The position numbers and the translations under genes are program-made. Positions 21,427 to 32,119 of a stretch of 64,000 nt of DNA are shown one piece after another. Origin of the DNA: an uncultured bacterium. Its GTDB lineage: Bacteria; Bacillota_I; Bacilli_A; RFN20; CAG-826. Under the pieces are notes generated by a model. The model was not told where the DNA came from. It was given only the letters and a program-made list of their open reading frames with translations, and did no database searches. Every line of letters starts with the position of its first letter. Position 1 is the stretch's first letter. The stretch is from positions 79,709-143,708 of the forward strand of contig CASDYC010000001.1 of NCBI GenBank assembly GCA_949285665.1, in the 5' to 3' direction.

Positions 21427-21502
21427 GGGCGTTTAGCTCAGTTGGGAGAGCATCTGTTTGACGTACAGAAGGTCATGGGTCCGATTCCCTTAGCGCCCAC
21501 CA
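21427..21502 (+). tRNA. tRNA-Val(GAC), atypical T-arm
   Basis: Acceptor GGGCGTT/AGCGCCC, D-arm GCTC/GAGC, anticodon arm TCTGT-TTGACGT-ACAGA, T-loop TCCGATT, ACCA end; 76 nt. Confidence 0.88.
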
Positions 21503-21557
21503 TTTGAAAAGTTAGGTTGATGTTTATATCAACTTTTTTTATTTTAAGGTAATTTTA

Positions 21558-24002
21558 ATGGATAATAATGAACTAAATAAGTTAATCGATGAAGAATTAA
21601 AAAAACTTACATTAAAAGATAAATTAAGTTTACTATATGGCGAAACTGCTTTTACTACTAATAGTAAAATTAAAAATATTAATGTAATTAAAATGTCAGA
21701 TGGACCAAATGGTTTAAGAACACAAAAATTTGATGAAAAAGCTGGTTTTACAAGTACAATTGCAGCAATTTGTTATCCAAGTCCATCTGCAATTTCTTGT
21801 TCTTTTAATCGTGAATTAGAAGATATTTTAGGAGATTGTTTAGCAAAAGAGTGTCTTAAAAATGGAGTTAATTTATTATTGGCGCCAGCCGTTAATCATA
21901 AAAGAAATCCAATGGGTGGCAGAAATTTTGAATATTATAGTGAAGATCCATTTCTTACAAGTGAACTTGCAATTAGAAGAATAAATGCAATTCAAAAATA
22001 TAATATTGGTTGTTGTTTAAAACATTTTGCATGTAATAATCAAGAAAATGATAGATTTATTTCAGATTCAATTGTTGATGATAGAGCATTATTTGAAATT
22101 TATTTAAAACAATTTAAAAGAATTATTGAAAAATCACATCCATATTCAATAATGACTGCATATAATAAAATAAATGGAATTTATTGCAGCGAAAATAAAT
22201 ATTTATTAAATGAAGTTGCTAGAAATAAATTTGGTTTTGATGGTACTTTTATTACAGATCGGGGTGCATTAAATGATGTTTTAAACTCCTTTAAAAATGG
22301 CTTAAATTTAGAAATGCCTGGATGTAATCAAGCAACGGATGTTTATTTATATGATTTGTTAAAAGAAAATAAGATTAATGAAGAAGAAATAAATAATTCA
22401 GTTAAGGAAAATATTAAATTAGCTTATAAAGTAAATAAATCAGCTAATAACAAAGAAATAAACTTAAAATATGATGAAATGTTGAATAATATTAAAAAAA
22501 TAAGTGATGAAACAATTGTTTTATTAAAAAACGATAATAACGTATTACCAATTAAAAAAGAAGAAAAAATATTAGTTATTGGACCATATTTTAAAAATCC
22601 TCATATTCAAGGTGGAGGATCAAGTCATGTAAATCCAATAAAAGTTATTTCTCCGTTTGATGAATTTAAAAATTTATCTAATAATTTTATTTATAAACAA
22701 GGTTTTAATATTAAAAATAATAAGGTTAATAATAAACTTGAAAAAGAAGTTCTTAAAATTGTCAATAATTTTGATAAAGTAATATTCTTTTGTGGCTTAG
22801 AAGATGGACAAGAAACAGAAAACTATGATCGAAATAGTTTTCAACTTCCAAAAAATCAACTTAATTTAATAAACAAAATTACTCAATTAAGAAAAGATTT
22901 AATTGTTATTTTAGACGTTGGAACTCCGGCAGAATTACCATTTATAAATGATATAAATGGTCTAATTTTAATGCAATTAAATGGAACCACAAGTGGCGGT
23001 TCCATTGCTAATGTTTTATTTGGAAATATTAATCCAAGTGGTAAAACTAGTGAAACATGGCCAAAAAAATTAAATGATATTCCTTGTTATAATTATCAAA
23101 ATGATATTAATAGAAATTATCAATACAGAGAATCAATTTATACAGGTTACCGATATTATAATAGCGCTAATATCGATGTTTTATTTGAATTTGGTTATGG
23201 TTTGAGTTATACGAAATTTGAATATTCAAACTTAAAATTAGATAAAAAAACATTTGATAAAAACGATAAAGAAATAACTTTATCTTTTGAATTAAAAAAT
23301 ATTGGAAATTTTGATGGAAAAGAAATTGTTGAAGTTTATTTTTCAAAAACTAATTCAAAAATATATCGAGTGGAAAAAGAACTCTGCCAATTTGAAAAAA
23401 TTTATTTAAAGTCTGGCGAAACAAAAAAAGTTGAAATTAAAATAGAAATAGAAGATCTAAAATTTTTTAATACGGTTTTAAATGATTATGATTTAGAAAA
23501 TGGTGAATACATAATAAGTGTTGGTTCTTCAAGTAGAAATATATTACTAACTGAAAAAATATATATTCATAATGTCAATAATAATATATTTGATTATCAT
23601 AAAAATAATGAAATTTATTTCGATGCAAAAAATATGCAAAATGTTTCTCAAAGTGAGTTTGAAAGATTATTAAATAAAAAAATAACTTCCAATATTTCAA
23701 AAGAAATAAATAGAAATTCAACAATTAAAGATGTGTTAGAAATAAAGAAATTTTATAAATTATTTACACCTTTATTAAATTTAATTTATTTTATTCAAGC
23801 AAAGAAACGAAAAATGAAATTTAATGAATTTAAAAGAATGTTATTTGAAACCCCAATTAGAAGTTATGAAATGAATAATAATTTGAATAAGTATTATATA
23901 GACGCTTTAATTTTAATTTTAAATAGCCATTTAATTAAAGGCATTAAATTATATAAATGCAGTAAGAAAAAAATTGAAAAATTTTTCAATAAACAAAAAT
24001 AA
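21558..24002 (+). CDS. GH3 beta-glucosidase with fibronectin-III-like C-terminal domain
   Basis: SDGPNGLR, GRNFEYYSEDP, KHFACN, MTAYNKING, FITD-R(CGG)-GA at the nucleophile, FEFGYGLSYT. Confidence 0.9.
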   Translation: MDNNELNKLIDEELKKLTLKDKLSLLYGETAFTTNSKIKNINVIKMSDGPNGLRTQKFDEKAGFTSTIAAICYPSPSAISCSFNRELEDILGDCLAKECLKNGVNLLLAPAVNHKRNPMGGRNFEYYSEDPFLTSELAIRRINAIQKYNIGCCLKHFACNNQENDRFISDSIVDDRALFEIYLKQFKRIIEKSHPYSIMTAYNKINGIYCSENKYLLNEVARNKFGFDGTFITDRGALNDVLNSFKNGLNLEMPGCNQATDVYLYDLLKENKINEEEINNSVKENIKLAYKVNKSANNKEINLKYDEMLNNIKKISDETIVLLKNDNNVLPIKKEEKILVIGPYFKNPHIQGGGSSHVNPIKVISPFDEFKNLSNNFIYKQGFNIKNNKVNNKLEKEVLKIVNNFDKVIFFCGLEDGQETENYDRNSFQLPKNQLNLINKITQLRKDLIVILDVGTPAELPFINDINGLILMQLNGTTSGGSIANVLFGNINPSGKTSETWPKKLNDIPCYNYQNDINRNYQYRESIYTGYRYYNSANIDVLFEFGYGLSYTKFEYSNLKLDKKTFDKNDKEITLSFELKNIGNFDGKEIVEVYFSKTNSKIYRVEKELCQFEKIYLKSGETKKVEIKIEIEDLKFFNTVLNDYDLENGEYIISVGSSSRNILLTEKIYIHNVNNNIFDYHKNNEIYFDAKNMQNVSQSEFERLLNKKITSNISKEINRNSTIKDVLEIKKFYKLFTPLLNLIYFIQAKKRKMKFNEFKRMLFETPIRSYEMNNNLNKYYIDALILILNSHLIKGIKLYKCSKKKIEKFFNKQK

Positions 24003-24116
24003 ATTAACCTCAAAGCATCTTAAAAGTTTAAAAAATGAAAATTTACTGAAAATTTTTTCATAATTACATTTAATTTTTTATTTTTATATGGTATATTTAA
24101 AACAGAGGTATAAAAA

Positions 24117-25121
24117 ATGTCAACTGATAATAAAAAACCAAGAGTAACAATTTATGAAGTTGCAAAAAAAGCAGGTGTTTCTCTTGCAACGGTTTCTAGG
24201 GTTATTAATAATGCCAACAATGTTTCTCAAGAAGCAAAAAATAAAGTAAATGATGTTATAAAAAAATTAGGATTTAAACCAAGTGCCTTGGCTCAAGGTT
24301 TGGCAACTTCAAAATCTTTTATTATTGCAGTTGTTGTACCAAGCGCGAATTATGTTTATATTTCCAATTTTATAAATGGAATTCAAGAAGTTGCAAAAAA
24401 TAAGGGATTTAAAATTTTATTATTAACAACATCTCATTCAAAATTAGATGCAACTAAGGTTATTGAAGATGTTATTAAATCTCACGTTGATGGAGTAATT
24501 ATTTTTGATGATGAATTAACAAGTGATGATATTAGAAATATTAACTCTTATAGTGTTCCAGCAGTTATTATTAATCATAATGTATCTGGAGAAACAACCG
24601 GATGTATTTTATTCAATCACGATGAATTAATTAGAAAAGTTGTTTTAGATAATATTTCACATAATGGAATTGATATGACATTTATTCATGTCCATAATGG
24701 TGGTAGACTATTAAATAAAGTTGAAAAAGCATTTGTTCAAGTACACGAAAATAGCAATAAAGATTACAATATTATCAATTGTGATGATTCTTATACTCAA
24801 ACTTATGAAGATTTTAAAGAATATTTTAAATATAATAAAAAAGGTTATTTTATTGCATATCGTGATTCAATTGCAGCGGCAGTAATTAATGCTGCAATGG
24901 ATAATAATTTAAGAATACCTGAAGATGTTCAAGTTTTATCAATAATTGGAACGAAATATTCTAAAATTATTCGACCAAGTATTACTAATTTATATTTAGA
25001 TTTTAATGAAGTTGGAAAAATTGCAACTTCAATGTTAATAGATGTTTCAAATAATAATTTATACAAAAAAGTTAATAAATTTGAAGCCAAAATCGTAAAG
25101 TACAATACAACAATTGAATAA
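24117..25121 (+). CDS. ccpA: CcpA-like LacI-family regulator
   Basis: TIYEVAKKAGVSLATVSRVIN and AQGLATSKS resemble the CcpA N-terminus; sits next to tyrS/rpsD as in Bacillus. Confidence 0.65.
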   Translation: MSTDNKKPRVTIYEVAKKAGVSLATVSRVINNANNVSQEAKNKVNDVIKKLGFKPSALAQGLATSKSFIIAVVVPSANYVYISNFINGIQEVAKNKGFKILLLTTSHSKLDATKVIEDVIKSHVDGVIIFDDELTSDDIRNINSYSVPAVIINHNVSGETTGCILFNHDELIRKVVLDNISHNGIDMTFIHVHNGGRLLNKVEKAFVQVHENSNKDYNIINCDDSYTQTYEDFKEYFKYNKKGYFIAYRDSIAAAVINAAMDNNLRIPEDVQVLSIIGTKYSKIIRPSITNLYLDFNEVGKIATSMLIDVSNNNLYKKVNKFEAKIVKYNTTIE

Positions 25122-25172
25122 ATTATTAATATAATTTACAATACTAATTGCATTTAAAAAAGGAGCTTTGAT

Positions 25173-26429
25173 ATGTTTAAAAATGTAATTGATGAATTAA
25201 ATGCACGTGGTTTAATTAAAGATTATTCAAACGAAACTCAAATTAGAGAATTATTATCTACTCCACAAACAATTTATTGTGGTTTTGATCCAAGCGCAAA
25301 TTCTTTACACATTGGTAATTTTATAATGATTGCAACACTTATGAGATTTGTTCAATATGGACATAGAGTAATTGCTTTAGTTGGCGGCGGAACCGGAATG
25401 ATTGGTGATCCTAGTGGAAAATCAAAAGAAAGAGCATTTTTAACGGCTGAAAAAGTTCAAGAGAACGTTAATAGTATTAAAAATCAATTATCTAAGTTTT
25501 TAGATTTTAAAGATTCTTCTAAAGCAATTTTATTAAATAATTATGATTGGTTAAAAGATATTTCTTTACTTGAATATTTAAGAGATTATGGAAAATTTAT
25601 AAATATCAATTATATGCTTTCAAAAGATGTAGTTGCTTCAAGACTTGCAAATGGTATTTCATATACAGAATTTTCTTATATGCTATTACAATCAATTGAC
25701 TTTTTAAAATTACATGAAAAATATGGTGTTTCTATTCAAATTGGTGGTAGTGACCAATGGGGTAATTTAACAAGTGGATTAGAATTAATTAGAAAAATTA
25801 AAGGCGATGAAGAAAAAGTTGGCTGTATGGTTCTTCATTTAATAACTAGAAGTGATGGAAAAAAATTTGGAAAAAGTGAAGAAGGTGCTTTATATTTAGA
25901 TGAAAAATTGACTTCACCATATAAATTGTATCAATTCTTTTTAAATTCAACCGATGAAGATGCCGTACATTATTTAAAAGTATTTACTTTTGTTCCAGTT
26001 GAAGAAATTAATGAAATTGAAAAAGAACATTTAGCAAATCTAGGTCAAAGAATTGCTCAAAAAAGACTTGCATATGAAGTTACAAAAATAATTCATGGTG
26101 AAGAAAAAGCAAATGAAGCTGTAAAAATGTCAGAAGCTTTCTTTAAAAATGAATTTGAAAGTTTAACTAAGGAAAATATTTTAGAATTATTTAATAATTC
26201 GATTCACAAAATTGATGTATCAAATAATTTTATGGATATATTAATTGAAGTTGGTGCATGTAAATCAAAAAGAGAAGCAAGAGAATTAATTAGTGGTAAT
26301 TCTGTATCGTTAAATGATAATAAAATTAGTGATATAGATTATAAATTAAGTGATGTTAAATTACTTCATGACCAATTTATTGTCTTAAAAAAAGGAAAAA
26401 AGAATTTTTATTTATTATCAACCAAATAA
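25173..26429 (+). CDS. tyrS: Tyrosine--tRNA ligase
   Basis: YCGFDPSANSLHIGN, IGGSDQWGN, KFGKS, C-terminal S4-like domain. Confidence 0.97.
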   Translation: MFKNVIDELNARGLIKDYSNETQIRELLSTPQTIYCGFDPSANSLHIGNFIMIATLMRFVQYGHRVIALVGGGTGMIGDPSGKSKERAFLTAEKVQENVNSIKNQLSKFLDFKDSSKAILLNNYDWLKDISLLEYLRDYGKFININYMLSKDVVASRLANGISYTEFSYMLLQSIDFLKLHEKYGVSIQIGGSDQWGNLTSGLELIRKIKGDEEKVGCMVLHLITRSDGKKFGKSEEGALYLDEKLTSPYKLYQFFLNSTDEDAVHYLKVFTFVPVEEINEIEKEHLANLGQRIAQKRLAYEVTKIIHGEEKANEAVKMSEAFFKNEFESLTKENILELFNNSIHKIDVSNNFMDILIEVGACKSKREARELISGNSVSLNDNKISDIDYKLSDVKLLHDQFIVLKKGKKNFYLLSTK

Positions 26430-26453
26430 ATAAAAAAATAAAAATATTCCAAT

Positions 26454-26489
26454 AAAAAAGATGGCCTTAATATATTGCCATCTTTTTTT
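26454..26489. terminator. Bidirectional terminator tyrS/rpsD
   Basis: AAAAAAGATGGC...GCCATCTTTTTT. Confidence 0.85.
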
Positions 26490-26504
26490 AATTTATCATT
26501 GAAA

Positions 26505-27113
26505 TTACAATAATCTATTGTAGTATTCAATAATTGCAGCTTCGTTGATGTCTTGAGAAAGTTCGTTTCTTTCTGGAACTCTAATGAATTTACCAGAGAG
26601 TTTTTCCTTATCTAATTCAACATATCCAACAGTAGCTGGAGCACTTTCAAGTGACTCTTTAATAACTTTTAATGTTCTTGAGGATTCTTTAACTGAAATT
26701 ACATCATTTACTTTACATAAATATGATGGAATATCAACTTTTTTACCATTAACAAGAATGTGACCGTGATTAACTAATTGTCTTGCAGCTTTTCTTGTTT
26801 GAGCAAATCCTAAACGATATACTAAATTGTCTAATCTTGATTCAAGAATTCTAAAGAATTCTAAGCCTGTAATTCCTTTAGATTTAGAAGCTAAATTGAA
26901 TAATCTTCTAAATTGTCTTTCGTTTACACCATATAAAGTTCTTAATTTTTGTTTTTCAATTAATTGCTTTCCATATTCAGAAGATTTTTTTCTTCTTAAT
27001 GGTGATCCGTGTTGACCAGGGACATAAGGTCTTTTCTTTAATTCTTTTCCAGTTTCAGAAAGAGACATATTTAAATATCTACTTTTCTTCCAAGTTGAAC
27101 CTGTATCTCTCAT
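26505..27113 (-). CDS. rpsD: 30S ribosomal protein S4
   Basis: [42 protein letters not shown]. Confidence 0.98.
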   Translation of the reverse strand: MRDTGSTWKKSRYLNMSLSETGKELKKRPYVPGQHGSPLRRKKSSEYGKQLIEKQKLRTLYGVNERQFRRLFNLASKSKGITGLEFFRILESRLDNLVYRLGFAQTRKAARQLVNHGHILVNGKKVDIPSYLCKVNDVISVKESSRTLKVIKESLESAPATVGYVELDKEKLSGKFIRVPERNELSQDINEAAIIEYYNRLL

Positions 27114-27260
27114 TATTTATAACTCCTTTCTTTATTTTACATGAATAAAGCATAGGTGCAAATTCTTTATTTCGGATGAATTAATTTCCCTTATCAAGCA
27201 AATAAGATACTATTATTTATTAATCATCAGACAAATAAATATTCACATGCTTAAACACGC
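27114..27260 (-). ncRNA. Candidate S4 autoregulatory leader
   Basis: About 145-nt UTR; ATGTGAATA can pair with TATTCATGT closing a large structure, followed by AAAATAAA and the RBS, resembling the Bacillus rpsD leader layout. Confidence 0.5.
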
Positions 27261-27451
27261 TTTAATATTTTACTACTAATTAATAAAAAAACAAAATTAA
27301 TTTTAAATATATTTAAAAAACTCTGCAAAACCTTAATGTTTTTTATTAAGTTTAACAATTTTTACTACAAATTTAACCAGTTTCTTAAAATATTATTACA
27401 ATTCAAATTTAAAAACTTTATTTTATATTAAAATAAATATAAAATAATTAT

Positions 27452-29158
27452 ATGAAATTTTTGTTAAACGTTGGTGGAATTATCGGCATTGTTATTGGAA
27501 GCATAGCATTTTTAGTAATTTGCGGTCTTTTACTATACTTTTTTGTCTTCGCTGAAAAAATTAAAGTTAAAAAAATTAAGGATTTAGATACACGTTATGA
27601 ATATTTTAATGGTTTATTATTGGGTGAATGTAATCAAATTTTACAAAGATTGGAAATTATTTCTCATTCAAATTTACTATATTCTCAAATACATGCTGAA
27701 AATTTAAAAACTTATTTAGAAATATACCAATCTGAAGATAAAAAAGCTCAAAAAGCCATCGAAAATTTAGATGATTATATTCTCAATAAAAGAAAAAAAG
27801 GTTTTAAAGTTGTTTATCAAAGTTCTAGCAAAGTAGTTGAAGAATATATTTCAAAAGTTTCTGCTTTAAGAGAAAAATTATTGTCTATTATTAAACCTGA
27901 AGAAGATGCAAGAAATGATGCTTTTAAAATTAAGGAAAAAGAAAGTGTTGTAAGAAAAAAATATATTCAAAATAGAACTTTATTTGATATTGCTAGTCAA
28001 ACTATTGATGTTTTATTTGATAAAATTGATCAAAGATTTGAAAAATTTGATTCTTTTATTGATAGTGCTCAATATGATGATGCTTTAAAATTATTACCAA
28101 GTTTATTAAAAGTTATTAGTGAACTTGATAAAGCAGTGGATATTCTTCCTGATTTGTGTTTAGTTATAAACGAAGAATATCCAAATAAAGTTGAATTCTT
28201 AAAAAAAGAAATCTCTGAAATGGAAGCCTTAAAAATTCCTCTATATAATATAAATCCGAAGAAAAAACTTAAAAATTTAAAAGATAAAGTTGATGAAATT
28301 TCTTTAAATATTTCTCAATTAAAAATTGATACTGCTGTTTCTTTAATAAATTCTTTAAGAGAAGATTTTAATTCTTTAAACGTTTCTCTCTCTAAAGAAA
28401 AAGAAGCAAAAGACTATTATGATCAAAACTTTAATTTAGTTATTAAAAATTTCAAAGATTTATCCGATAAAATAATTTCTGTTTATAATAGAATTCCAAA
28501 TTATCAAAAAATATACATTTTTAATGATGAATTCGCACATATTATGGAATTACTTCAAGAAAAAGAAAGGATTTTTTCAAGTGCAAAAACTTCTCTTGAT
28601 TTATCAACTTTATCAACAAATAGACAACCATATTCTATAATAAGTGACCGATTAAAAACTTTAGATAATGCGATAAAAGATACAAATGATTTAATAAATT
28701 CCTTTGAAAAATATGTTTTATCACTAAAAAATGATTGTGATAAAGTTTTTGAATTAATAAAAGTAGAATTTATTAATTTAAAAGCAAAGAAATCAGAATT
28801 TTATAAATTATGTGTTAATAATAGAGAAAATTATATTTCTAGATTTGATAGATGTTTTGAATTATTAAATAATATGGCTTTAATATTAAAAAAAGAACCA
28901 ATCAATGTTACTAATCTAAATAGAGATTTATTAGAATTTAAAACATTGGAAGAATCGCTATTTAAGGAAATTAATGATATTAAAAACTTAATAAATGAAT
29001 GTGATAAAATGATGTTAGTCTTAAATAAAATTAGAGATGGTTTCAGTGATGTAAATGCTGAATTAAATACTGCTGAAGAATTATATCAAAAAGCATTATA
29101 TAGTGATGCTTATAAAATACTTTCTAGTATTTATTCATCTAAAAAAGATTTATTTTAA
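27452..29158 (+). CDS. ezrA: Septation ring formation regulator EzrA
   Basis: N-terminal TM anchor then ~530-aa helical coiled coil; rpsD/ezrA-iscS-thiI synteny. Confidence 0.75.
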   Translation: MKFLLNVGGIIGIVIGSIAFLVICGLLLYFFVFAEKIKVKKIKDLDTRYEYFNGLLLGECNQILQRLEIISHSNLLYSQIHAENLKTYLEIYQSEDKKAQKAIENLDDYILNKRKKGFKVVYQSSSKVVEEYISKVSALREKLLSIIKPEEDARNDAFKIKEKESVVRKKYIQNRTLFDIASQTIDVLFDKIDQRFEKFDSFIDSAQYDDALKLLPSLLKVISELDKAVDILPDLCLVINEEYPNKVEFLKKEISEMEALKIPLYNINPKKKLKNLKDKVDEISLNISQLKIDTAVSLINSLREDFNSLNVSLSKEKEAKDYYDQNFNLVIKNFKDLSDKIISVYNRIPNYQKIYIFNDEFAHIMELLQEKERIFSSAKTSLDLSTLSTNRQPYSIISDRLKTLDNAIKDTNDLINSFEKYVLSLKNDCDKVFELIKVEFINLKAKKSEFYKLCVNNRENYISRFDRCFELLNNMALILKKEPINVTNLNRDLLEFKTLEESLFKEINDIKNLINECDKMMLVLNKIRDGFSDVNAELNTAEELYQKALYSDAYKILSSIYSSKKDLF

Positions 29159-29160
29159 AA

Positions 29161-30300
29161 ATGATATATTTAGATAACGCCTCAACATGTAAACCTTATA
29201 AAGAGGTTTTAGAAACATACTGCAAATATGCTGTAAATAATTTTTTTAATCCATCTTCAATTTATAAAGCAGGAAAAAATAATTTATTTTTAGAAGAAAG
29301 AATAAAAAAAGAAATATTAAATAAATTAAAATTAAATAATAGCAAAATTATTTTTACAAGCTCAGCTACAGAATCAAATAACTTAGCAATTTTTGGATAT
29401 TTAAAAAATAAAGAAAAAAATAAATATCATATAATAACAAGTTTAAATGAACATAAATCAGTTCTTGAAGTTTTTAAATACTTAGAAAAAAACGGTTTTG
29501 AAGTGACATATTTAAAAAATAAAATAAATGGGAAAATTGACATAAATGAATTAGTTTCTAACATTAGAACAAACACAATTTTTTGTTCTTTAATGTGTGT
29601 TAATAATGAAACTGGAGAAATTTTAAATATAAAAGAAGTTTATGAAGCTTTAAAAAAACATAAAATTGTATTTCATTGTGATATGGCTCAAAGTTTTTTA
29701 AAAACTGATTTAAATTTGTTAAATTATTGCGATATGTTTACAATTTCAAGTCATAAAATACATGGTTTAAAATCAATTGCGGCTTTAATAACAAGAAATA
29801 ATATTCCGTTAAATGAGATTCCTTTAGGTGGAGGACAAGAATACGGACTTAGAAGTGGTACTGTTGATATTCCTTTAATTGCATCATTTTATAAGACAAT
29901 ATGTCTTTCGTTTGATAAATTTAATAATAATTATAAAGACATAATTAATTTATTTAACTATACAGTAAAACAATTAGAAAGTTATAAAGATTTAATACAA
30001 ATTAATACAGACATTAAAAATTGTAATTATTTTATATTAAATTTTTCATTAAAAACTGTTAAAGCAAGTGTAGTTTTAGAATATTTATCAAATAAAGAAA
30101 TATATGTTTCTTCTACATCAGCTTGTAATTCAAAAAATGAATCATTTTCATATGTTATATTAAATAAATATGACGATATGAATTTAGCAAAAAATACAAT
30201 TAGAGTGTCTTTTTCTTATGAAAATACAAAAGAAGAAGTTGACATATTTATAAAAAATTTAATTGAAGGAATATCAAAATTAGAAAAAAGAGGATTTTAA
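29161..30300 (+). CDS. iscS: Cysteine desulfurase (NifZ/IscS-like, ThiI partner)
   Basis: IYLDNAST, ATESNN, SSHKIHG PLP lysine, STSAC catalytic Cys. Confidence 0.9.
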   Translation: MIYLDNASTCKPYKEVLETYCKYAVNNFFNPSSIYKAGKNNLFLEERIKKEILNKLKLNNSKIIFTSSATESNNLAIFGYLKNKEKNKYHIITSLNEHKSVLEVFKYLEKNGFEVTYLKNKINGKIDINELVSNIRTNTIFCSLMCVNNETGEILNIKEVYEALKKHKIVFHCDMAQSFLKTDLNLLNYCDMFTISSHKIHGLKSIAALITRNNIPLNEIPLGGGQEYGLRSGTVDIPLIASFYKTICLSFDKFNNNYKDIINLFNYTVKQLESYKDLIQINTDIKNCNYFILNFSLKTVKASVVLEYLSNKEIYVSSTSACNSKNESFSYVILNKYDDMNLAKNTIRVSFSYENTKEEVDIFIKNLIEGISKLEKRGF

Positions 30301-30301
30301 T

Positions 30302-31489
30302 ATGATAAAAAAACAAATAATGATTAGATATGGCGAATTAAATACAAAAGGCAAAAATAAAATTGATTTTGTTAGAATGCTAGAGAAAAATATTCGACAT
30401 TCATTAGGAAATTTAATTGATATTAAGGATTTATATCATACTCACGACCATAGTTATATTAATTTAAATGACGATTCTAACATTGATGAAATTATTGAAA
30501 TTTTAAAAAATATTTCAGGTATTCATTCTTTTTCTATAGTATATAAATTAGATGCAGATATTGACAAATTATCAGATTTTTGTCTTGATTATATTTTAAA
30601 AGTTAAAGATAAAGTTAAAACTTTTAAAGTCAATTGTAAAAGATCTGATAAGCGTTTCCCAATGCACTCAATTGATATTATTAAAATAATTGCAACGAAA
30701 ATTTTAAAACAAGATTTATTTAAAGTTGATGTTCACAATCCAGATTTATTTATTAATATTGAAGTTCATCAAGATGGAATAGTTGTTTATTTTAATTCTA
30801 TTCGAGGAAGTGGAGGTTATCCTTTAGGAAGTCTTGGAAACGCATTGATGTTATTAAGTGGAGGAATTGATTCACCAGTTGCATCTTTTTTATTAATGAA
30901 AAGAGGATTAAAGCTTGATTTTATACATTTTGCCTCTCCTCCATATACACAAGAAGGTGTTATTGATAAAATTAAAGAATTATTAGATATTTTAAATATA
31001 TATCAAGATAAAATTTATTTGCATATTGTTCCATTTACAAAAATTCAAGAAACTATTTATAAAAATACGGATGTATCTTATGCAATAACTATCTTAAGGA
31101 GAATGATGTTTAAAATTTCTAAAATTGTTGCTGATAAAATTCATGCAAAAGCAATTTGCACCGGTGAGTCAATTGGTCAAGTTGCTTCTCAAACTTTAGA
31201 ATCCATGAATACTATCGCTGATGGAATTAATTTAACAATTTTAAGACCATTAAGTGTCGTTGATAAACAAGATATTATTGAAATAGCTAAAAAAATTAAA
31301 ACTTATGAAATTTCAATAAGACCTTACGAAGATTGTTGTACAATTTTTAAACCTAAAAATCCTAAAACTGCTCCTAAATTAGAAGAAGTTTTAAAATATG
31401 AAGCAAAAGCTGATTATGAAACTTTGATAAAAGAAGCAGTGGAGAATATTAATACAATAATTATTAAAAAAAGTGAATTAGATATTTAA
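30302..31489 (+). CDS. thiI: tRNA 4-thiouridine(8) synthase
   Basis: IRYGEL, THUMP domain, LLSGGIDSPVA, GQVASQT, PYEDCC. Confidence 0.96.
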   Translation: MIKKQIMIRYGELNTKGKNKIDFVRMLEKNIRHSLGNLIDIKDLYHTHDHSYINLNDDSNIDEIIEILKNISGIHSFSIVYKLDADIDKLSDFCLDYILKVKDKVKTFKVNCKRSDKRFPMHSIDIIKIIATKILKQDLFKVDVHNPDLFINIEVHQDGIVVYFNSIRGSGGYPLGSLGNALMLLSGGIDSPVASFLLMKRGLKLDFIHFASPPYTQEGVIDKIKELLDILNIYQDKIYLHIVPFTKIQETIYKNTDVSYAITILRRMMFKISKIVADKIHAKAICTGESIGQVASQTLESMNTIADGINLTILRPLSVVDKQDIIEIAKKIKTYEISIRPYEDCCTIFKPKNPKTAPKLEEVLKYEAKADYETLIKEAVENINTIIIKKSELDI

Positions 31490-31492
31490 AAG

Positions 31493-31521
31493 AAAAAAAT
31501 CCGAATAATCTCGGATTTTTT
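31493..31521. terminator. Bidirectional terminator thiI/rplT
   Basis: AAAAAAATCCGA-ATAATC-TCGGATTTTTT. Confidence 0.85.
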
Positions 31522-31544
31522 AACAAATGGATAATTAATAAATA

Positions 31545-31901
31545 TTATTTATTTAAAGCTTTTGTAGCAACTTTTACTAATTCAGCGAATGCTTTTGGAT
31601 CAGAAATTGCAATTTCACTTAACATTTTTCTATTAACATTTACTTCAGCTAATTTTAAACCATGCATAAATGTTGAATATGAAATATTGTTTAATCTACA
31701 AGCTGCATTAATTCTTTTGATCCACAATTTTCTATAATCATTTTTTAATTGTTTTCTATTGATATAAGAATATCTTAATGATCTTAAAACTTGTTCTTTA
31801 GCAGTTTTAAATAAAATATGTTTACTTCCAAAATAACCAGAAGCAGCTTTAATTATCTTTTTTCTTCTTTGTCTTGTGACAGAACCGCCTTTTACTCTCA
31901 T
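31545..31901 (-). CDS. rplT: 50S ribosomal protein L20
   Basis: [26 protein letters not shown]. Confidence 0.98.
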   Translation of the reverse strand: MRVKGGSVTRQRRKKIIKAASGYFGSKHILFKTAKEQVLRSLRYSYINRKQLKNDYRKLWIKRINAACRLNNISYSTFMHGLKLAEVNVNRKMLSEIAISDPKAFAELVKVATKALNK

Positions 31902-31915
31902 TTCAATTTTCCTCC

Positions 31916-32107
31916 TTATTTAATAAGATATTTAACTCTCTTGTAATCGCTAGCTGATACAACAGTAGCTTTTCTTAAATGTCTTTTTTGTTTATGAGTT
32001 TTGTTTGGAGCTAAATGTCTTCTTTTTGTACAATCTCTTTTTAATTTACCGCTTCCAGTAACTTTAATTCTTTTCATTAAAGCTCTTTTACTTTTCATTT
32101 TTGGCAT
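31916..32107 (-). CDS. rpmI: 50S ribosomal protein L35
   Basis: [21 protein letters not shown]; between infC and rplT. Confidence 0.97.
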   Translation of the reverse strand: MPKMKSKRALMKRIKVTGSGKLKRDCTKRRHLAPNKTHKQKRHLRKATVVSASDYKRVKYLIK

Positions 32108-32119
32108 AAAATCTTCCTC

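Noticed and set aside
24047-24060. cre-like site TGAAAATTTTTTCA upstream of the ccpA-like gene
   Set aside because: Lacks the central CG of cre, and near-palindromes of A/T are expected by chance here.
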